35,827 nt of DNA from positions 1 through 35,827 of IMG/VR virus record IMGVR_UViG_3300032233_001211, one strand, 5' to 3'. The notes under the pieces were generated by a model. The model was given only the letters and a program-made list of their open reading frames with translations, was not told where the DNA came from and did not search any database. The stretch is from a virus (Duplodnaviria > Caudoviricetes). Position numbers and translations under genes: made by a program. How positions within the stretch are numbered: the first letter of the stretch is position 1; every line of letters begins with the position of its first letter. Positions 1-6,800 of this stretch are shown here, piece by piece.

Positions 1-1
1 C

Positions 2-376
2 GACAGCAAAGAATGGGTCACACCAGGGATGCGAATCGACAAGCTTGAAGACTTGTCGGATAATCACACCAGCATTGACATGATTGGCTTGGAAGCTGTG
101 TTCGTCGGGCCGAACAAGCTCGGTTCGATCCGCGCTGCGATGGCGCTTGGTCAGGTTGAGAGTATCTGTGATTACTTGTGGCCTGATGCTGAGCAGAAGA
201 TCCTTGTTGCTACGCAGTGGCGAGCGGCGTGTGGCATTGCCCAAGGTGGCAAGCAGGGCGTAATGGATTGGTCTGTTGGGGCGTGCCATGATAATGGTTT
301 GCATCCGCCCGAGAACCAAGACGCTGCTGATGCTACGGCGATTGCATGGGCAACGATGGTACGCGATGATGGATGA
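2..376 (+). CDS. RuvC-like Holliday junction resolvase (5'-truncated)
   Basis: Frame open from position 2; IGLEAVF (catalytic Glu), 'QWR...GIAQGGKQ' and C-terminal 'QDAADATAIA' match the RuvC pattern; the first catalytic Asp lies upstream of the window. Confidence 0.75.
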   Translation, partial: DSKEWVTPGMRIDKLEDLSDNHTSIDMIGLEAVFVGPNKLGSIRAAMALGQVESICDYLWPDAEQKILVATQWRAACGIAQGGKQGVMDWSVGACHDNGLHPPENQDAADATAIAWATMVRDDG

Positions 377-893
377 GCACTGGCTAGACCGCGCTATCGA
401 GGATAAGCTTGGCGAGGTCATTGACCGGTATCGTGCGCAAGGTAAGCCTGTCAATAATGTTGGTGCGCTCAGGACTCGTGTTGCTGCTGACATCAACGGG
501 TTGCGTGGTAGTGCAGCATGGGCTGCGCTGAAGCAAAAGTATGATCCCGCACCACAAGTCCGTGTTGGTTATTGCACCGCTTGTAGCAAACCATTCCAGC
601 GAGGCGCTGTCAGCGCATGGCTAGAAGACAAGAAGGGCTGGGAGTTCTGCTCGAAAGAATGCTTGGACAACAAGGACAAGCACCCGATCAGTTGGGAAGA
701 GTTCAAGACAAAGGTGCGAGACAAGGGCAGCGTAAGCACCGAGCGCCTAGACCCGCACGGAAACCCGATTCCGGGGGATCAGATTGTGATTACGTGGGAC
801 GAAATCAAGAATGTGGGAAAGCCTATTCCCGAGTTGCCGACGACGGGTGTTGCTGCTGTTGCTGCTGATGATGAGATTGTGTGGGAGGATTAG
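366..893 (+). CDS. Hypothetical protein with Cys-rich zinc-binding motif
   Basis: ATG at 366/369 overlaps the end of the RuvC-like gene; CTAC...FCSKEC (TRASH/YHS-like spacing); acidic C-terminus. Confidence 0.7.
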   Translation: MMDEHWLDRAIEDKLGEVIDRYRAQGKPVNNVGALRTRVAADINGLRGSAAWAALKQKYDPAPQVRVGYCTACSKPFQRGAVSAWLEDKKGWEFCSKECLDNKDKHPISWEEFKTKVRDKGSVSTERLDPHGNPIPGDQIVITWDEIKNVGKPIPELPTTGVAAVAADDEIVWED

Positions 894-895
894 TT

Positions 896-1102
896 ATGAG
901 TGAGCATCTCGTTGAGTTTCCGGTTGGCAAGCCGTGTGTGGTTGAGCGCTACTTGCCTGTCATGTTGTGCCGAGATCATGCGGACAAGGTTCCAAACATA
1001 ATTGTTGGTGACATTGCGGCTTGGATTGAGGAGACTGGGATACCTGAAGGGGCGGAGCAGTTGGACATAATGATTAGGGTGCAGTACGTGAAGATCGTGT
1101 AG
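896..1102 (+). CDS. Hypothetical protein
   Basis: GGAGG SD at ~884-888; ATG 2 nt after the previous stop. Confidence 0.6.
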   Translation: MSEHLVEFPVGKPCVVERYLPVMLCRDHADKVPNIIVGDIAAWIEETGIPEGAEQLDIMIRVQYVKIV

Positions 1103-1124
1103 CATTTGTCACAAAGGAGATGTG

Positions 1125-1202
1125 ATGTTGGACTTGATTCCGTACGTGATCCTTGCTTTACTCATACTGTTCCTCACAACTAAAGCTGGAGGTAAGACAT
1201 GA
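1125..1202 (+). CDS. Small single-pass membrane peptide (25 aa, MLDLIPYVILALLILFLTTKAGGKT), absent from the ORF track
   Basis: AAGGAG SD at 1114-1119; hydrophobic core; stop forms an ATGA overlap with the 1199 start. Confidence 0.6.
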   Translation: MLDLIPYVILALLILFLTTKAGGKT

Positions 1203-1495
1203 ATACCTTGATGGACACACGCACACTGCACCCGTCCGCGTTGTATCGGACGATGTGGCGCAGCGCAATGCACGCGCTTGGTAATGCTGAAGCAGCAGAC
1301 CAGGTAATGAGCAGCATCGTGGACGCACACCCACACCTTGCCGAAGTGTGGGAAGCAAACACGTGTCGCGCGTGTAAGGCAATCTTGTCGCAACTCGACA
1401 AAGCAGAAGACTCTCCGTACTGCGAGTGTTGCCGGATGGATGTTGATCCGCCCGAGTATTATGATCGCAACGTGAAGATGTACGGGGGCGAATAG
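1199..1495 (+). CDS. Hypothetical protein with two CxxC motifs
   Basis: GGAGGT SD upstream; CRAC and CECC motifs. Confidence 0.7.
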   Translation: MNTLMDTRTLHPSALYRTMWRSAMHALGNAEAADQVMSSIVDAHPHLAEVWEANTCRACKAILSQLDKAEDSPYCECCRMDVDPPEYYDRNVKMYGGE

Positions 1496-1497
1496 TA

Positions 1498-1608
1498 GTG
1501 TTGAAGAAGTCGATTGGTAGGGCTAAGATGGCTGCGGCTATGCAGCGTAGGCTTGACCGTGCAACGGCGAAGGCGGAGCGGAAGGCATTGCGTAAGAAGG
1601 GGACTTGA
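1498..1608 (+). CDS. Small basic protein (36 aa, MLKKSIGRAKMAAAMQRRLDRATAKAERKALRKKGT), absent from the ORF track
   Basis: GTG 2 nt after the previous TAG; fills the gap up to the next promoter; K/R-rich helical sequence. Confidence 0.5.
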   Translation: MLKKSIGRAKMAAAMQRRLDRATAKAERKALRKKGT

Positions 1609-1634
1609 CGCGCGTGGCTTTGTGTGTGTAGGAT
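1605..1634 (+). promoter_or_regulatory. Sigma70/SigA-type promoter
   Basis: TTGACG (1605-1610), 18-nt spacer, TAGGAT (1629-1634); upstream of a GAGGAGG SD and ATG 1667. Confidence 0.65.
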
Positions 1635-1666
1635 GGGCAGACCCTAGACCTGAGGAGGTCAAACTA

Positions 1667-1930
1667 ATGAGTAAGATGGGCGAGAAGTTCACAGAGCAGC
1701 AAGCCAAAGAGTACGAGGATCGAGGAGCGAACCGATCCGACGAGCTGGCCGACCTGCTCACCATTACGGAGATGACGGACATCATCGGCGCGCTTTCGTA
1801 CGCTTGCAACAGTGTGCATTTCCGCACTGATGGAATGTTCGCAATCCGTAGTGTGATGTGGGAAGCGCGAGCTATTGCCGAGCGTAACGAGTACGCTGGT
1901 GATTACGATTATCCGGAGGACGCATCGTGA
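1667..1930 (+). CDS. Hypothetical acidic protein
   Basis: Strong SD GAGGAGG at 1652-1658; ATG 1667. Confidence 0.75.
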   Translation: MSKMGEKFTEQQAKEYEDRGANRSDELADLLTITEMTDIIGALSYACNSVHFRTDGMFAIRSVMWEARAIAERNEYAGDYDYPEDAS

Positions 1931-2100
1931 ATACCGTTGCCGATGGCCTAAATAATGTTCATTGCATTTTTCAGGAGTTGGAAAACATGGGCATTATCCT
2001 CCCGATGGGGGATTATCAATATGCGTATAGTGTTATCGAGGAGGCAAGGGATATGGCTAGCGCTGCAGATTGTGGCGAAATGCAGGAGCAGGAATCGTGA
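1927..2100 (+). CDS. Hypothetical 57-aa protein, absent from the ORF track
   Basis: Open frame with GTGA overlaps at both ends (1927-1930 and 2097-2100); GGAGG upstream. Confidence 0.65.
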   Translation: MNTVADGLNNVHCIFQELENMGIILPMGDYQYAYSVIEEARDMASAADCGEMQEQES

Positions 2101-2306
2101 GCGGAACGCATATCTATTGGTACGCACTGGGTGACGGATCATGGGGAGGATGCGCAAACGATGATCTTGTCACCGTCGATTGCGACGAACTATCGCCGAT
2201 TGAGCGCGCGATGATTGACCGCGCGATGGATACCGATAACGATGATCTTGTTCGGTTTGCCATTCTGCGCGCGTATGATCGGATTGAGAAGGAGAAAGCA
2301 TCGTGA
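2097..2306 (+). CDS. Hypothetical protein
   Basis: GTGA overlaps with both neighbours; AGGAG upstream. Confidence 0.7.
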   Translation: MSGTHIYWYALGDGSWGGCANDDLVTVDCDELSPIERAMIDRAMDTDNDDLVRFAILRAYDRIEKEKAS

Positions 2307-2686
2307 GCAGCTACGACAAAGAGTATTTGGTAGTCACGTTGGAGGTTCCGATTATGCCTGAGTGCGTAAACGCGATCCTTGACGAGGGCGGCTATTCACC
2401 GTGGTTCACGACGTTCTATTGCACGCCGCAAGACGGGGATCTAGAGTCGGCACGCATTGTGTGCTGGAACCCTGACGAGGAGGAGGGCGTGGAAATGACG
2501 GTGGTGGTGAGTGCGAGTGACATTGCTAACGCCATGAAGCGCATTGTCGGTGATCGTTCGCTATGCCCCAACGCTTCTGATGATCTGCGTAAAGCGATCA
2601 TGGACGGGGACGCTAGTTACATTGACGCAGAGGTCGCAGATTGTGTGCTGCAAATGGCGTGCTACAAAGAAATCGTGTTCGGCTAA
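2303..2686 (+). CDS. Conserved phage hypothetical acidic protein
   Basis: AAGGAG SD; C-terminal IDAEVADCVLQ...IVFG resembles the DAxxADxxxQ...xxYG motif I recall from small phage early proteins. Confidence 0.75.
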   Translation: MSSYDKEYLVVTLEVPIMPECVNAILDEGGYSPWFTTFYCTPQDGDLESARIVCWNPDEEEGVEMTVVVSASDIANAMKRIVGDRSLCPNASDDLRKAIMDGDASYIDAEVADCVLQMACYKEIVFG

Positions 2687-2696
2687 GGAGATTGGC

Positions 2697-2939
2697 ATGA
2701 TTGAAGAAACTTACATTGACTTGGAAAACCGGCTGGACTTTCTTCTCCCCGAGAAGCGCGGCTATGGCGCAGACATGCGTAAGCTATTGCTTTGTGCTGT
2801 TAGCACGAAGGATTGGGTGCTATCCGAAGCTATCGAGAACGTCGTTACCGAGCTGTTGCAACGCATGGAAGTAGCAGACCAAGAGTCGCGCGAGTTCGAT
2901 GCTTGGGTGTCACGGTTAGAAGAAAAGGCGCGAGCATGA
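2697..2939 (+). CDS. Hypothetical protein
   Basis: TAAGGAG SD; ATGA overlap with the next gene. Confidence 0.7.
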   Translation: MIEETYIDLENRLDFLLPEKRGYGADMRKLLLCAVSTKDWVLSEAIENVVTELLQRMEVADQESREFDAWVSRLEEKARA

Positions 2940-3169
2940 GTAGCGTCTCCGACATTGGGAACCGTTGCGTGGAGTGCGACCGGGACACTTCGTTCGGGTC
3001 TGGCCTGTTTGTCAATCGGATACCCGCAGGAACCGAAACATCGAACGGTTACTTGTGTCCCGATTGTCAGCTATTGGAGTGCGATAAGTGTGGTGACTTT
3101 GTGTTGGACTTCTCTGCTGCGCCTGACGGACACGGATTCTGGTGCGATGATTGCAATGGTGCGGCATGA
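2936..3169 (+). CDS. Cys-rich zinc-finger protein
   Basis: Four CxxC motifs (CVEC, CPDC, CDKC, CDDC); ATGA overlaps on both sides. Confidence 0.75.
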   Translation: MSSVSDIGNRCVECDRDTSFGSGLFVNRIPAGTETSNGYLCPDCQLLECDKCGDFVLDFSAAPDGHGFWCDDCNGAA

Positions 3170-3465
3170 GACAGCGCAACATTATGGTAAGCGTTCCTTA
3201 CTACAACTACACGCCATTCCGTATCGTTGTTGGCTTTCGTCAAGCACCATTGCACGATCAGCACGCCACGCTAGCAGCGTTGTCGCCAGCTGACGCATTG
3301 GAAGCGGTGCGTGTTGCGTCTCCCGGTTGGGAATCACTCAGCATTTGTGACCAAGTTCCGGTGGGATTCTGGCGCGGCAATGCGCTGCGCACTGTTGCCA
3401 CTGTTGTTGGCAATGCTGACCCGAATATTGTTCGGCATTGTATTTGGAATGACGTGCACGCTTAG
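3166..3465 (+). CDS. Hypothetical protein
   Basis: ATGA overlap with the upstream gene; the 3' half may double as regulatory DNA. Confidence 0.5.
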   Translation: MRQRNIMVSVPYYNYTPFRIVVGFRQAPLHDQHATLAALSPADALEAVRVASPGWESLSICDQVPVGFWRGNALRTVATVVGNADPNIVRHCIWNDVHA

Positions 3466-3483
3466 CGGTGCCGTGATGCGGTG

Positions 3484-3523
3484 CGCGGCGCGGCTTGTAT
3501 TTGCTGCGCCGCGTGCTTAGACT
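3484..3523 (+). promoter_or_regulatory. Promoter with the -35 box inside an inverted repeat
   Basis: TTGTAT (3495-3500), 17-nt spacer, TAGACT (3518-3523); arms CGCGGCGCGGC (3484-3494) / GCTGCGCCGCG (3503-3513). Confidence 0.65.
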
Positions 3524-3556
3524 ACCCGTGTTAGTCCAACTATTGGAGGTAATGAA

Positions 3557-3922
3557 ATGCCGGAATATCCCTACACGTGGCGCGGAGCTGTAGCCGATGC
3601 GCACACGGCGGCGGCGGAAGCGTTCGCCTACGCTGTCAAGCAGGGCGACGACCTAGACAGTGGCGCGGAGCATGACGTGGCGCACGAATGGGCGGACGGT
3701 AGCGAATGGGTTGTCTATACGTACCGCGCACGGTGCCTATGGTTCGATAGCGCCGAGGTGCAGGATGCGGAAGGCCACGTGTTCGATTGTGGCGTCGACG
3801 CGAGCTCGGACATTGACCAGCGGATAACGTTGTGCGTATTTTTTGCGTTGGCCGATGCGTTCGCGGAGAAGTGGCGCGAACTTGCCGAGGCGCACGCAGA
3901 CGCGCAGGAGGTGACGGCATGA
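3557..3922 (+). CDS. Acidic protein, putative Ocr-like DNA mimic / anti-restriction protein
   Basis: 121 aa, about 25 D/E versus 7 K/R; 'HDVAHEWADGSEWVVYT' resembles T7 gp0.3 'HDAIHMAADNAVPHYY'; GGAGGT SD; first gene after a promoter. Confidence refers to the product call. Confidence 0.5.
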   Translation: MPEYPYTWRGAVADAHTAAAEAFAYAVKQGDDLDSGAEHDVAHEWADGSEWVVYTYRARCLWFDSAEVQDAEGHVFDCGVDASSDIDQRITLCVFFALADAFAEKWRELAEAHADAQEVTA

Positions 3923-4122
3923 CGTCGCAAGCGTTCACCGATTGGCTCGCCGTCATCGTCGTTACCGATGACCCCGCAAATGGCGGCGCGGGAATCCTCG
4001 CGCTAGGCGATTGCCGCAAGTGCGAAGGCTTCGGCATCGTTGAGCATGTCGGCACGCGCAACGGATCGCCACGCCTAGAGTCTTGCGAGAAGTGCGACGG
4101 CACTGGGAGCGTGAAGGCATGA
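3919..4122 (+). CDS. Small protein with DnaJ-type CxxCxGxG zinc motifs
   Basis: CRKCEGFG and CEKCDGTG; GGAGGTG SD; ATGA overlap. Confidence 0.75.
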   Translation: MTSQAFTDWLAVIVVTDDPANGGAGILALGDCRKCEGFGIVEHVGTRNGSPRLESCEKCDGTGSVKA

Positions 4123-4421
4123 CCCGCGCCGAATGCCTGCGCCTGCTACAGCCGGGAACAATCGTTACTATGACGGCGCACGATTGGTATCCGAATGGCT
4201 ACCCGGTTGGCGTTCCCCGCGTGGTGATTAGGCGGCGGACGCGCGACGTACAGCTACAAGGTACGCGACCGGATGGAACGGTGTCCGAATCGTGGATGAC
4301 AATCGCAACGGCGCAAGACTTCCGCGACAATGGGGACGCGACGTTTAGCGTGCGGCTAGATCCGGACGGTTCTGCGTGGATGACGTACCGCCTCGAGGTT
4401 CACGAGGTGGCGGCGGCATGA
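4119..4421 (+). CDS. Hypothetical protein
   Basis: ATGA overlaps at both ends. Confidence 0.7.
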   Translation: MTRAECLRLLQPGTIVTMTAHDWYPNGYPVGVPRVVIRRRTRDVQLQGTRPDGTVSESWMTIATAQDFRDNGDATFSVRLDPDGSAWMTYRLEVHEVAAA

Positions 4422-4651
4422 TGCGCGACAATATCACCGGCCAAACGTCCGCACCTGACACGCACTATCGCGACCACGCAGGCGGCGTATCGTCGGAGAT
4501 TGTCTACCCGTCCGGCGCTATCCGATGCTACGGCACCGATGCGGACGGTTATCTAGTAACTATGCAATACATGGGCTACACGCGCCGCGAAGCCGTCGCA
4601 ATGTTTCGCGACGACATGGCCGAATATTGGGAACGTGTCGCGGCCAGCTGA
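4418..4651 (+). CDS. Hypothetical protein
   Basis: ATGA overlap; GAGGTG upstream; 'QYMGYTRREAVAMF' looks like a conserved phage motif. Confidence 0.7.
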   Translation: MMRDNITGQTSAPDTHYRDHAGGVSSEIVYPSGAIRCYGTDADGYLVTMQYMGYTRREAVAMFRDDMAEYWERVAAS

Positions 4652-4697
4652 GCCGTGTTGCCACTGTTGCAAACATAGAAACACTAGCCGCACACGC

Positions 4698-4715
4698 GCC
4701 CCGTGCGCACGGGGC
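4698..4715. repeat. Perfect 18-bp palindrome GCCCCGTGCGCACGGGGC
   Basis: Self-reverse-complementary; intergenic, ~40 bp upstream of the 4757 -35 box. Confidence 0.85.
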
Positions 4716-4746
4716 ACGCACGACGCAACACACGCGCCGCCACCAC

Positions 4747-4786
4747 GCCGCCGGGCTTGCAGATCACCGCCCGGCGGCATTACCAT
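4747..4786 (+). promoter_or_regulatory. Promoter with the -35 box inside an inverted repeat
   Basis: TTGCAG (4757-4762), 18-nt spacer, TACCAT (4781-4786); perfect arms GCCGCCGGGC (4747-4756) / GCCCGGCGGC (4769-4778). Confidence 0.6.
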
Positions 4787-4833
4787 GCGCCTACGGCGCA
4801 TCCGCCGCACCCCACGCCTGAGGAGGCAACCGC

Positions 4834-5418
4834 ATGACTGAGTACACGACCACGCGCGACGACTACACGACCACACGCAACGCTGACGGTATTTGGGTGT
4901 TATCCGTCCGATCCATTGACGACCCCGCCGCATACGTCCACGTGTCCAATCACACGACGGAAGCCGAGGCGCTGGAAGCGGTCGCCGACGCAATCGCCGA
5001 GGAGAAGCGCATCGCCCTTTCCAATCTCGCCACAGCACGCCAACGGCAGGAGAACACGCAACGCCACCTCGACGCGCTCCGCGCACTTGTGGAAGGCCTG
5101 CCGTGGCACGACATCAACACCGGCGATTTCTCCCCACAACAGGGGTGTGGAGACGTCGCAGCGTTCCGCGACGCCGCCGCCGCCCTCGGCTGCGACGAAA
5201 ACACGCTCAACGCCGGCGCAGAACGTGATTACGTCATCACCGCCGAAGTGACGCTATGCACGACTTTCATCGTCACCGCAACTAGCGAAGAAGCCGCCCA
5301 CGATCTCGCCGAATACGCGCTGGAAGGGTGCCGATGGGACGACGACGGCACGCTAGACGGAATCGACATCCATCAGACCTACGAGACGGTCACGAACGTC
5401 GAGGCCTCGGCGTGCTAG
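4834..5418 (+). CDS. Hypothetical acidic protein; C-terminal part resembles DpnD/PcfM-like 'VxAxSEEeA' domains
   Basis: GAGGAGG SD; N-terminal 7-aa duplication (EYTTTRD/DYTTTRN); 'YVITAEVTLCTTFIVTATSEEAAHDLA'. Confidence 0.75.
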   Translation: MTEYTTTRDDYTTTRNADGIWVLSVRSIDDPAAYVHVSNHTTEAEALEAVADAIAEEKRIALSNLATARQRQENTQRHLDALRALVEGLPWHDINTGDFSPQQGCGDVAAFRDAAAALGCDENTLNAGAERDYVITAEVTLCTTFIVTATSEEAAHDLAEYALEGCRWDDDGTLDGIDIHQTYETVTNVEASAC

Positions 5419-5510
5419 GTATCAACGCATGGCTATGGCTAGCATTCCTAGCCTTCACCGCCGCGCTACTCATCGCGCTAGCGCGTAGCCCCCTCCCCCT
5501 CACCACCTAG
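5412..5510 (+). CDS. Small membrane peptide (32 aa, MLGINAWLWLAFLAFTAALLIALARSPLPLTT)
   Basis: GTG overlapping the previous stop, GAGG upstream, a single hydrophobic helix. Confidence 0.55.
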   Translation: MLGINAWLWLAFLAFTAALLIALARSPLPLTT

Positions 5511-5526
5511 CACCACCACACCACCT

Positions 5527-5558
5527 AGCCCCGTCGCGCTACCACAGGCGGCGGGGCT
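5527..5558 (+). terminator. GC-rich hairpin ending the early gene run
   Basis: AGCCCCGTCGC / GCGGCGGGGCT stem (one G-U); only a weak U tract. Confidence 0.5.
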
Positions 5559-5841
5559 TACTCATGCCCACACCCACACGGCAAGCACGGTTGCCGGTCG
5601 GGGGTAGCGTGTCGCGCGTGTGGGGTGTGGTGTCGTGTGTCGTGTGGCGTGCGGTGGCGGTGTGACCAGGTGGCGGCGCAGCTAGTCGCCGAATAGCTCG
5701 CATTTTTGTGCATCCATGCCCCCCGCCCGATCCACGCGCACCCGAACAACGATCCGACCACCCGCACACGCACCGTCACCCAACCCCCCCGCGCCGCCGC
5801 AACGCATCCCAGGCGTAGGTCGTGTTTTCTTCTGGGTATAT

Positions 5842-5932
5842 TTTCTTAAAGGGTTTGTTGATTTGATTATTTCAGTTCATCAGACCTGGTGTGGTTGTTG
5901 CGCGTGGTTTTTGCTCCCCCCCTTTCCCCCCC
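5842..5932. repeat. Hairpin + double poly-C element, copy A
   Basis: TTTCTTAA..GGTTTGTTGA..TCATCAGACC..TGGTTTTT GCT C7 TTT C7; same order of blocks as 32802-32902. Confidence 0.6.
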
Positions 5933-6248
5933 TCATTGGGGTTCACACTTGGTGTGTGGGGTTGGTGCAGCTTGTCTGTTCGCTGCTGGCAGCAATGTTA
6001 TGTGGGTGAGGGTTGGCATTGCTGCGCCAATGCCCCTCTGACGGGCAATATCTCCGATAGCGAGTCGGATCGCTTGGTATCTTATCAGGTGTGGAGTATG
6101 ACGAGTGGTCTACGTGGGTGTTTCGTTGTTGGTTTGCGAGTGGTGAGCGTGGCAGGCTAGTTGTTCATGCGGCGTGCGAGTATGATGCTTGGGTGTCGTT
6201 TAGTGTGTTGAGTGGGATACAAGTAAGTTTTGATGGATTGGAGCGTTG

Positions 6249-6800
6249 GTGACGAAGCGTGCGGATTTGAAGGAAGCTCGTGATGATAGGGCCGCGTTGG
6301 AAGATACGTATGGTCTTGTGTCGGATGATTTTCTTGTGAAGAATTATTTGCCAAGTCGTACTATTGGCGAGTTGTCTGATGAGCAGATGGATGAGGCTGT
6401 TGAGATGGCGCGCCTTGGGGCTTTTGAGAAGGCAATTGCGCGTGTGCTTGGCGTTAATGAGGGCGTGTTTATGTCTGCTTTGAAGAAGGGCAAGGATGCT
6501 AAGACTGGTCATGGTGGTACGAGTCTTAAGCGGATCGAGTTTGCTGAGCGGTTTTATGCTGCGCGTAAGGAGCATATGAAGAAGAGTTTGCGTGTGATTA
6601 GTGAGGCTGCTGATGAGGGTGATTGGAAGCCTGCGGCGTGGCAGTTGGAGCGCTCTTTCGGGTTTGTGAAGAATGAGACGGTTGAGGTTGAGGCTGGGCC
6701 TCAGATTATGTCGCTTATGCAGTTGGCGCAGATCCCTATGGAGCAGGCCCAGGAGGCGCTTCAGATTGAGGGCGAAGTGGTTGTAGAACAAAATGAGTGA
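6249..6800 (+). CDS. terS: Terminase small subunit
   Basis: Directly upstream of and overlapping TerL; HTH-like 'KAIARVLGV' and 'DWKPAAWQLER' motif typical of a TerS group; GGAG SD before GTG 6249. Confidence 0.7.
   Translation: MTKRADLKEARDDRAALEDTYGLVSDDFLVKNYLPSRTIGELSDEQMDEAVEMARLGAFEKAIARVLGVNEGVFMSALKKGKDAKTGHGGTSLKRIEFAERFYAARKEHMKKSLRVISEAADEGDWKPAAWQLERSFGFVKNETVEVEAGPQIMSLMQLAQIPMEQAQEALQIEGEVVVEQNE

Noticed and set aside
120-135. GGTTCGATCC T-loop-like motif suggesting a tRNA
   Set aside because: Lies inside the RuvC-like CDS with no cloverleaf; no tRNA was recognised anywhere in the window.
4839-4881. 21-nt tandem repeat as a CRISPR-like or regulatory array
   Set aside because: Only two imperfect in-frame copies with no spacers; a simple coding duplication.
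4735-5680. GCGCCGCCACC / GGTGGCGGCGC inverted pair flanking gene 4834 as an invertible segment
   Set aside because: Only ~11 bp within low-complexity, oppositely skewed GC-rich DNA, and no recombinase is visible.
5842-5886. Minus-strand CTGATGA...GAAA resembling a hammerhead ribozyme core
   Set aside because: No stem II can form between the motifs (3 nt or an unpaired A-rich linker), and copy B has TTGATGA instead.
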